Assembly: GCA_000708835.1 (NCBI GenBank)
Contig: DF236980.1
Location: forward strand, 98,890-162,889
Reading direction: 5' to 3'
Length of the DNA: 64,000 bases
From: Klebsormidium nitens
Taxonomy: Eukaryota > Plantae > Klebsormidiophyceae
Below are positions 31,933 through 42,700 of this stretch, one piece after another. Within the stretch, counting starts at the first letter, position 1; every line of letters begins with the position of its first letter. Both the position numbers and the translations under genes were made by a program. The notes beneath the pieces were generated by a model, which ran no database searches, was not told the origin of the DNA, and saw only the letters and a program-made list of their open reading frames with translations.

Positions 31933-33179
31933 GTCAAATACACTCGAGAAGAGTAGCTAGAGCAGATTTTCGGAACTCTGGAATCCGATTCCAGGTGACC
32001 GTTCTCGTGCTGTCAAAGGGACAACGTGGTTGCAGACTGCAAATTTGGCAATACGGTATGGTTGTTTCTGACGTGGTTCATTCAGCGGAGTCCCGACTCT
32101 TTTCGGTTTACTGGCGCCGGGACGTGGCCAGATGTGCAACCCTGAGCAAGGATGAACATGATTGACGGGCAGCCGAAGAATTCAAGCGCGAAACGCCTAC
32201 TGCTGTCATGATTGGGTGTATTTTGATTATCCACTGCCCACCGGCCACTTGAGTGGTGATCAGAATATTCAATGGACCATGTCTCAGGTTCAGACGCAAC
32301 AAGGTAATTCTCGAGCCGCGCGGGCTCTATTGCATATTCATGCAGGCGCGCTCAGTTTCCACATATTATGTCAGTACGTGTCACAGTCGATTGCATCGGT
32401 GCAATTGATCGGTCCGCTTCATCGGCCCGCTGTGTCTTCGAAGAAGCCTTGAAGTTGATCAAATAATGATAATGGTTGCACTTACCACAATCTGTAAGCG
32501 AATGCAGTTGTGTAGACGAAAAAACTGGTTATGGTGCACTTGTCAGAATCAAAGGTCCACCCTTTTGCGTGAAGCCGCATGCGCATCATAAGATGAGTCC
32601 ACGAAGTCGTCAAGAGGGTAGTGGACCTTTTGTGATCACTTCTTCTTAGGCGACGTGAAACTTTCAACCTCGGAGAGTCCCATGATTGACAATTCCGACC
32701 AGCTTAGGGCGTAACATATCGACTCCAATTTTTTCACTTTGCCTGATTAAAAATGCATGACACTGCACAGAGCTGCAGGGCGGATCACAGTCGTGCGTGA
32801 CGATGGACCGAGCAGACGGTCTGTTGAAGATCGAAGGTGAAAATTTAGCTGACGTGTTCTTGACATGCTGACGTCATCGTCGAATGAGACCGTTGGTTCC
32901 TGCCGTATGCTCCTCGACGTGACGCGCGTACGGTGCGCGTGAGCTTCAACGCTTGCTGCTTGCTGGCACGTCGAGCTTGGCATTGGAGCATGCATTGCCC
33001 TGCGAGCACGCTCCCAATCAAACGTTTGACCTTCGCCACCCATTCTCGATGACAAAAAGGAGCCGGACGCTGCAAAGCGATGTTGGAAGCGCGCATGCCA
33101 GTCATCAATCTGGCAAGCATGCACTTTGCGCACTATTTTGCGAAATATTGATCGTGAGATTGTCAAAACGGATCGCAGG

Positions 33180-35343
33180 ATGAACCTGTAAGGGCCGCCA
33201 GCAGGCGCCATGGGCCATCTCCAGCGCCGGCCCTTGATTGCTAGAGCACTGTACGTGAGAGGGTGCTGTTGATCGATCAGCTTTGAAATTTTGCGGCAGG
33301 AGCTTGTCGCTCACAATCGAGCATCTAGGCTCCTTCAAAAAACGCAGAGATGGAGAAAGAAAAGCTCGGAAAAGAGGAGCCAAGGGTGCGGCCATTCAGG
33401 CCATCAAATCTCAATCCCAGCGCGATTTCAAAGCTGTCAAAAAAGAATTTGAGGAACGCGTGACGGAAAAGGAGACCGTCAGCTTAGATCTCCTGAAGCC
33501 ACAGTCTAGCAAATGGTTGGAAGACATCCACAAGGAACTTTCATCTGACGATGCTGAGACGCGCTTGATTGCCCTCTGGAGGTTCAAGGCTGTACACAAT
33601 CGCGTGGCAGTGTTCAGAGGACCTGCAGCATGCGCAGAGTTCACAACCTTCGCCCTTCAAAAAAGGCTGGTTCTTGCGGAGATTGTGAGACTCCTGAGGG
33701 CTGCGCAGGTGCATGGTGACTTGTATTTCTTCCCTCTTCCTCGAGATTCACTCGAGATTGACGACTTCTTTTCCAAGACACAGCTGTGCTTCGGTCTGCT
33801 CAACACACTGATGATGGATTCCCGCGCCGTCCGCCATGTTCGGAAAGCAATACCGGACTTGATTGACCTTCAAGAAGCTTCATACTGTGCGGAAGCCCTT
33901 TGTGACTCCGGTTTTGGAGAGGTCTTGGATGCTCATCAGCAGTCACAGAACAAGAAGGCAGTCCTCTCCAGCATGGTAGCACTTGCTACTTTTTCAGAGC
34001 AGGCAAAGGCGGAGCTAGGAAAGAGGACAGCCTTCCTCCGGCAGGTGCTGGTAGAATGCACAGAAGCAGATGGATCAGAAGACATGACATTAGATTGCGC
34101 GATGCTTCTCGTCCTACATCTGAGAGGTGCGTGTCCATTTTCGGAGCTCGCACAGGAAATCGTGCGGCTAGCCATGCGAGTCCTGGGAACGTCGATGAAG
34201 AGAGAGGTCATTCAAGTGACTATGGCAGTGCTGAAAAAAATGCTCAGAATCGAAAGGGAGGCTTTGAAGGTTCAGATAAGCGACGCTTGCGACTTCTTCC
34301 CGCTCTTGGCTCTGGCCATCTCTAGCGCAGTTCCGAAGGAATTGACGGCACCAGCTGTGGAGATCTTGTGCTTCGTAGAAGAGAGTCTCGAGCAGCCAAT
34401 TGAATCCAGCATCGAAACGATCCTGCTTAACCTTGTATCTCGCCAGCAGCACGTGAGCTCAAGGTCTCTGGACGACGAGAGTCTCAAGCTCTTGGAGCGA
34501 AAAGAGCAGTTTGAAAAGATGTTCAAAGTACAGGGTTCGGGGCCAATTGCACAGCCGCCCATCGGGCTCGGCAGCGAGGCCATTGAATACGCAAGTTTCG
34601 AGAAAGGAGCAACTTTATTTGAGATGGAACCAGAGGACCGGCTAGAGCGCTTGCCAAATCGCACAGTTGTATCTTCGGAGCCAACTTGGAGACCTCGCAG
34701 GAAGTGCTCTCGTGCAGACTGTACCAGACTGGAGTCCAAGCCGCAGGAGTTCAAACTGTGCAGCGGATGCCGTCTTGCTGTTTACTGCTCGAGAGGTGAT
34801 TCTCCCTTCATTTATGCTGTCTGCGAGGGTTCGTATATTTCTGTCACGATGCTTCGTCCCATTGAGTGCAGAGATTGGTGAATTTTGGAAAAAGACTTCA
34901 TGTAGCGAGCGACCAATCCTTGAAAGGTCTGTCTACTTGATCCGGATCAATCTCCATGGTTCGTCTATTTGTGGCGTTAAGTTCAGAGCTAGGATCTCTC
35001 GTTACTGCTCCAAAGTTTTCCGAACCAGGGATCTCACCAGAGTCCGTCATGATTCACTGATCATGTAAGTGGAGCACTCATAGCGGTTCCTTTCGCCAGC
35101 GAGTAAGAGGGACTAAGTAACGTGTCCAGAACACCGTGTGAAAGAGATCAAATACGTGAGGTTTCAAACTCTTTTTTCGTCTTGACAACATCAGAAGAAG
35201 CATTGCAACAGTCTACTTGAGAGTCTAATAGTTACGCCAGTTCTTCTCCTTTCGCAGACTGTCAGAAGAGGGCTTGGAAAGAAGGACACCGGGAGGAATG
35301 CACAAAGAGCGGTTTGAAGGGGAAGAAAAGGAACATTAAATGA
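33180..35343 (+). CDS. zf-MYND domain protein with helical (ARM-like) N-terminal region, tandem copy 2, ~529 aa
   Basis: MYND finger CSRADCTRLESKPQEFKLCSGCRLAVYCSR|DCQKRAWKEGHREEC. Best model: exons 33180-33187 (ATGAACCT|gtaagg), 33300-34795 and 35258-35343, totalling 1590 nt in frame. The 5' end is less certain. Confidence 0.8.
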
Positions 35344-36016
35344 AGGCGAAAAGTTGCTGGAGCAAAGCAAGAACAAGCTACTTTCGAACCTAGTGCCAAG
35401 CGACCGTTCTCATGCGGCTCGAATAACAACCTGGATCAGAGTTTCTCCGTTTGCATTACGGGCCAGCTTCTAGCGAATCCCAATAAACTCGAAATTGAAT
35501 GTTCCAGGGCACGTATTAAGCGAGATTCTGATCCGGTCCGTTTCTGGCGCCGATCCGATTGTATGGCGGCCTTGACGGTGCAGGTTAAGCAGACAGTTGG
35601 ACGGCCAATGCTTGAGAAAACTCGAAACAAATTCCAACAGCATGCCAGGCTACTATATTCGTTGAAGCTGTTCTGTGAGCCGGTACTAAGATGTGGAGCT
35701 GTTATGCTTGGTCATACCATACACAGTCTCGATTTCTGGCGTGCTAGTTCGATCAACATGATTGCGTCCGCTTCTGTGCATCCAGGCTTTTGATCCCATG
35801 TGATTGCAAGCCTGGTAACGCCTCGACCGCATGGATGGATCTAAATTCGTTGCACGTTTTGAGCTTACTTTCAGCCGCATTTCTCAGCGCGAGTCGCTCA
35901 GAAGCCGACCCTCAATCATGCAATTTTGACATGTTTGGAGATTGATACTTGCTATTTTTAAGCTTACTCGCTATCTTTGAGTTATACTGGGCCGGGCCCG
36001 GTCCGCTGACGGATAG

Positions 36017-36473
36017 CATGTTGAAAATTCTGCACCTGTATCATTACTGGCGACATCTTTAAAGCCAATGATATCATAGTAACATATTGAGTTGTATCAT
36101 GCAGTCACTGGGCGGCTTATAGTACATGCATGACGTGCGGTCGTCCATGATCAATGCTTTTTAGTGCTAGACCCGACCGCGCCCGCTGCCTGCCACATGC
36201 ACACGTGTGGGCACTGGGGTTTGATGAGCAGCTTTCAATCCATGGCTGACCTCAGCATATGCATGCACTGAGCGCTGATTGGCTCGACTATGTGCAACTG
36301 ATACACTGCATTGCATGATACGTGTGCACACCATCATGATTAGGCCTGATGAGGAGCATGATCACGGACGATTACTGGGCCCCCGTAGAATGAAGGCCAT
36401 TGAACGGGGCCGAGAGCTCCATGCACAAAGACCACTTCCACAGACCGGCTTGCGAGATAATCATGGTCTCATG
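36017..36473. other. CATG/CATGCA (RY-like)-rich intergenic block between convergent 3' ends
   Basis: 14 CATG in ~460 bp, six of them as CATGCA. Confidence 0.75.
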
Positions 36474-36777
36474 CACACTGCCAGGCTCGCGGTGAGATAC
36501 AACCGCATAAGTTGTCACCGTGCCAGCACGTGCCCCCTGCGTGACGCGAGCCTCTGTGAGGATCAGTCACACTGCTTGCGCTTAGGGGCAGAGTTCTTGA
36601 GAATCGTGGAGCGCAAGTAGTTACTCTTTAAGATAATCTGTCCATATGAACGGACGCCAATAAACTCCGAACACCGTTGAACCAAAGTAAAAGCCTCGAG
36701 CAATAAATTAGGCTACCTAAACCACCTCATACGCCAATCTCTCAACCCTCGACAAAAAAGCTAGCTCTACATCGCTA

Positions 36778-39700
36778 TCACCGCCCCTCATTGATCCCCG
36801 TGATGTCGTACTGCGTCGTATTATGCAAGACCGTCGAGCTGTTCCCTTGACTCCAGCTAAAGTGAGTCGCCGCGGGCGAGCTCCCCGAGCCCGCGGAGCT
36901 CGGCCGCACGGGCGTCCGCCGGGTGCCGCTCCCGGCCCCGAGACTCCAGTCGGAGCTAGTGGTCGGGTACACGTCATGCACATCCCCCGACCGCTCGGGG
37001 GAGCCGAGCGGCGATGCCGGGACCGACCCGCTGGGGTTTAGGGTTTCGAGCGTGCGCAGGACGTCGAGCATCGGGGGGCGCCGGTCGGCGGACGGGTTGA
37101 TGCACGCGAGCGCGAGCTGCAAAAACTTCTCGGCCTGTTCTCGGAAGTACTCGCCGTTCAGGCGGGGGTCCATGATGGTCAGTGGCTGTTGGTGCCGCTT
37201 CAGCACCTGCGCACGGAGAGAAGAGCGTCAGAATTACAACTCTGCCTGAGAAGGTGCTGGACTGATATGCTGCGTTATGTGTAATGTTTCTGGTGGCGAC
37301 TGTCTTGCTCTTCTGTGCTGGTCGCCAAATTTTGGAACACTTGTAAAAGACCGCAAAGGCTGCAGACGAGGTATCCGACGTCTAGCTTCAATTGGTTCGG
37401 GTGCTGGCTGAGAACGTTCCCGGCTGTGACGGAACTCTCTCCAGCCAGAAAGATTACGGCAACCAGCGCACCAAACGCTAGAACCTGCAACGAACGGTAT
37501 GGGGCAACTTCGCAAAGACACAGAAGTGTTGCACAGAACGCATCTCGAAACGAGTGCGGGCTAAGGAGACTTAACGACGAAACTCTGCATTTGTCAGGAG
37601 AGATCGTTTGTCTCCTGTTCATGGCGGCGCCAAGGCCATCGAGGTAGACATTCTCCGTAACCCAGGAAAGGTTTGCCTGTTGCTTCAGGGGGCGGAACAT
37701 TTGAACTACGCAGTCTGTGACAATGCCTGCGAAAACCAGTAAAAAATGGTCGATGAGCGCTCATGAGAAGACCAGATTTTCCACTTACCCAGTCTGTCAG
37801 CGTGCGCCGCTCCCCAGACTGCGCGACATCGAGAGCCTTGAGCCCAGTGATGATTTCCAGTAGTACCACGCCAAAGCTGTAGACGTCAGTCTTCTTTGTA
37901 ACCTGGCACGGGAAGCGGGAGAGAGCGTTATGGCGCAGGCTAGAAGAATATTCCAACCTGATCGACTCTCCTCACACTTCTGTTTCAGAGGAGAACGAAA
38001 TAGTGCGTGGTGGCATGAGCAAGGACTGATGCACGTCCGGCGAAGCAAAGGGAAAGAATGGTTTACGAAGGCGTGCGGTTTCATCGGACGAAGGAAGACT
38101 TTGCTTGGCATCGACGAGGAATCGTGAGGCATCTTGCATCATTTGAAAGCCAAGACTTCTTGACAGAGGAAAGAAGTACAGCAAAGCGGATGGAGGCCTG
38201 ACCTGTCCGTACATAGCGTATTCTGGTGCCACCTGGAGCACACAACGGGATAAGCGCGTGAGAACGGTGACGGTATGTGAAGTCAAGCCGCTATCCGAAA
38301 CCAGGGAGCTATTTGAGGCGACGACGCCCGTAATCTGACAGGCTGAGCAAAACGAGCTTACGTGCAGATAAGTTAAGAACGGCTTACGGATCGGTATACA
38401 GCATGCCTTGCTTCCACTTAGCGCAAGTGACAAGACCCAAGCTTCGGCTTGAAAGCGATTCAATCTCGATGCAAGAATGACAGATAGGTGTGCATCAGCG
38501 ATGCGGCAAAGTGGGCTTGCAAGCGACTTATGCAGTCTCGACAAGGTAGAGTGTACGCACATAGCCTGCAAAAGGGCGAAATCAGTGGTCAGTCAAAGTG
38601 AAGAAAACGGACTTCAAGGACTGCCGATATGCAATTGAATAGATACTGGAGAACAGGATAATGGTGTTGGACTACTTGCTTACAAGCACTATCCTGTTGG
38701 AGGAACTGATCCGTCGGACTGGCCTCTGATCCTTTTGACCGCCCTGTCCATCGCTTTCACTCTTTCGCGGTATACAAAAAGAAGGTGGATGCACGAGAGG
38801 AGACCGGAAGCATTTCTTTCAATCTCGACAAATTTCGAAGCATGCAAGCCACGCCATGCCCAGTATAAGCCGGCAATCACCCCATGCGCTACACATTTCT
38901 GCCCACAGGTTCGCAGCAGGATGGACTAACGGTGCCAAGAGCTCACCGTAAGTTCCCCGTACACGCGTGCTGTGATGCGTTTGGCCGGAGTCGAGCAGCT
39001 TGGACAGCCCAAAGTCCGCCACCTGGCAACTCAAGAGGCAGCCACGTCAGCAGCGTAAAATGGCACCGGGGGAATGCGAACGGCGATAAGGCACAAGAGA
39101 CGTGACGGACGCGCTTGTAGAAGCAGACCACTTCGATGACGAATCAATGTGATGGCAAATCGACTGAACGAGGTTGATTTATGGAACCACGTCTACTGGG
39201 GTGGAACGTCGGCCCTCTTAAACATTCAGGCCTGCAAACATTCTTGAGCATTCGAAGATTGGCCCCCATTATGCAATTGGGAATGCAGACTCCTTAACAA
39301 ACTGGTCTCTTGAGATAAGATTTATCAAAACTCGATACCAGGCGGTAAACCCCTCCGACCTTGTCCTACAGTCGGCTAATCAAAGACTTCTTCCAACAAG
39401 TCGCTCGACACGCATCTTCCCATTTGTCGCGCTCCTAGCATGGCACGCTTAATTCAAGTCATTAACTCCTCAAAGTACAAAACCCTACCTCCGCCTCCCC
39501 CTCGGAGTCCAGCAGAATGTTCGCGCTCTTGATGTCCCTGTGAATGATGGTGGGCCGGCAGTCGTTGTGCAAGTACGACAGTCCCCTCGCAGCGCCCACC
39601 GCAATGTTCATCCGCTGGGGCCACGTCAGAGGCGGCCGGGTGGCTGCCAAACAAAACGGATAGTGGGTCGACGTTAGCTAGAATTCTGTGATTTGAGAAG

Positions 39701-42700
39701 GTTGTAATCTTGAGAAGAGCGGCTTACAGTTGCGAGTGCATGTTGAATAGCCAAAATATTTTGCCCTAAATTTCGCTGGGAGCATCAGACACGGTGTTGC
39801 TTCGGTTAGGTCAACGAAGCTGGCAAGTCCGGATTCTGACAAATCTGCTCAACAATACGCTTCTGCTTCGGTTAGAACGACGAAGCTGGCAAGTCCAAAA
39901 TCCTGACAAATCAGCCAACGCAACGCCCACAAGTCAGGAAACTGCCAATGTCAACATATGGTAAGAACGCTGTCATCGTCACCGACACGCGACTCCTGCA
40001 ACGATTTGCGGAGGAATAAGTACTGGGCTCGAAAGGCACCAGGAAAATCGTGTAACAAGGAAAATTGTTTCAGGGGGTACTCACGGCTCCTGAGCGCCTG
40101 GTCCAGGTTCCCCCCCGCCGCAAAGTCGAGGATGAGGAAGCAGTCGGCGGCAGTAACGCAGAAGCCCTTGAGGGCGACCAAATTGCGGTGGCGCACGCGC
40201 CCCAGGGTGCCTAACTCCGACAAGAACTCGCTCTCCGCTTGCCCCTGCCAAGAGAGATCCCAGATGTAGACGCAGTTTCGGTTTTGCAATTAAGCAGCGG
40301 CGGATCAAAGCTGTTTAGCCGTTTGTTAGCCGCAGGTATAAAAAGCCCCTTAATAGAGCAGACGATGTTCCTAAACCTTCGGACTTGGCAACGTCATGCT
40401 TTGAAGGGTTTTGACCTTCAAAAATGTGAGCTCAGATAGTCCAATTGAGAGGTCAGGGTGAGGTCCATAGCGGATTGTAAATGGAAATGGACGTTGACAT
40501 GTTGAGAGCAAGCCCATGTGCACTAAGAGTTGTGTCGCCGACAAATGGCCGCACATGAGACTCAGCAAGTATGCTAACGGCAGAATGCTGGGAGCCAACA
40601 CCTCCCCTTGCTTTACGAACGTCAGAATTGCCTATCGATGTTGTGTAGAACTCAACATTTTCACAGAAAAGGCCTAGGAAAAAGCAAGATTCAAATCATA
40701 TACTACGGAAGACATTCTTCAAAAACATTCTTCGCAGAAAATATTCTGATCAGGCACCAACTTGGCCTACCCGGAGTAATTGTAAAGGAAGGACACAAGG
40801 TGAGAGGCAAAATATAGAGCAGTATCACTGATCCGGTTAGACCCCCACCTGCTGCGTGTTCTTCAGGTGCTTGACTGCAAGCATGGTCCCGTCAGCAAAA
40901 GTGCCCCTGTATACCTGCACAAAATGAAACAGTATATACACGTTGTCAATGTAGCAGCCTGAGAAGGTCGCACTCAAGATGAGGCTGTACCCGTCTGTCG
41001 AACCACAGGCATCAATCTCGTCCTCTAGCAGGGCTTGGTCCGTTTGTTCGGGATCGTGTCTGAACCGGAGTAAAGCGAGCCTACTACCGTTCCCACGTTG
41101 AGAAAGGGGTGCAGTTGCTGTGACCAGCCGTTGTATCGGAGTGAGCAATCAGTCCCTTGAGATGTAAATTGCCTCTCCTTCGGGGACGCGAAGCAAGAGC
41201 TGATGAGCCTCGGACAGACCTCCAAGAGAAGACTCACTGCCTGGAACGGGCAAGGCTTCAAAGCTTCAAAGCTCGACACTTTCTCCTGCGTGCTCAGATT
41301 CAGAGCGCTTCCCGAAAGCAGTTGCCAGACTAGAAGCCTTACCAAGCCAAAGCCTCCCTCTCCAAGAAGGTTCGCGGCGGCGAAATCGTCAGTCGCTTCC
41401 TGAATCTCCGGGTAGCCGAAGCGGCGGAAGGTGCCAAACAGGGCCTTATCAGCAATGTCCTCACGACCTGCGCACGGAGGAAAAAGGTGAGGGGGTGGCA
41501 AATTGAAGACAGATCTTCTGGCAGGGGTTCTTGATAAGTCTCCAAAAGTGGGTCTTCTGAAAGACTGTTTTGAAGCTTTGAACAGCAAACAGACTTTCGA
41601 AAAACTTCCCCTTCGAAAGAAGAGCGGACGAAGAAATCCGACCGAGGAGTCATGTGCAAAATTTCCAGCGGGATCGTGAAACGAAGGCCCTGGAATGGGC
41701 GCAAAATCCTTGAGCAGGATCGTGGGATCTTTTGGGCGAAAGATCCTGGAAAAGGACACTGGAAGGAACCAAGCAGAGGGTCCTCTAACGGTTCCCTGAT
41801 CTTCTCCAACTAACCGGGAACAAGAACTCAGAAGCGGAATCACCTGGGGTAGGAAGTGGGCTGTCCCCCCCCCTGGAACTCGCCGCTCGCGCACTTAGCG
41901 GCCTCTCCAGCGCCTTCGGGGGCTGCGCAAGCTCCGGCGGCGTTATGGGGGGGGGCAACCGCGGCTTCCGCTTCTTCCGGCGTATCAGCAGAGCGATGAC
42001 GGCGAGAACTAGAGCGAGGCCAACAACTCCCCCCACGACTGCGCCGATAATGACACCGATGCTTGAACCGCCCCCCCCGGAAGAAGTGTTGGTCGTTCCG
42101 GGGGCGTTGCTAGGGGTTGGTCCGCTGGGGGTGACGCTGACGCCGCTGCCGGAGGGGGGGGTGCCACCTGGAGGACAAGGATTGGCCATTGAACTCAAAA
42201 AAATTAATTATCAAGCCGAGATAATATAATTTAACCGCACTGGGACGGGTAGGGTTAGTTTGGTGCTTATGGTGGGTATGGGCGCGGAGGAGGTATCTTT
42301 TTGGGTAGGGTTTTCAGTGTAAGTCGAAGCTTATATTATCTTGGCTTGGTAATATCTCTTTGAATTTTGTGGATTGGCCGCCGCTTAGACGAGATAAGAG
42401 AGAGTGTGATGCACGGAATGAAGTGGAGTGTGAGCGCGCGACTTTCGCTGGCTACAACAGAAGCTTTTTGAATAAACACGGGCTAACGGTGGAACACCGA
42501 CGACTCAGTGAAGTTTCTTCGTAATTAATAATCCAGTCCCGTGACTGAAAAAGCGAACAATATCTGCGCATTCAATCCTTCAAGTGAAAAGCGAGTCGAA
42601 CAAAAGCCGCAAAACTCGGCTGCAAATCTGTCCGAACAAAGACAGGAATTTGGATGCAAGGACGCACAAGGAGCGGTGCACTCACTCGTCAGCTGTGCCG

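Noticed and set aside
37275-37700. 141-aa ORF inside the last RLK intron, same strand
   Set aside because: No homology cues and no suitable splice sites; the flanking exons join in frame without it.
41468-41894. Open frames and GATC-rich degenerate short repeats in RLK intron 13
   Set aside because: Low-complexity intron sequence; the exons splice in phase around it.
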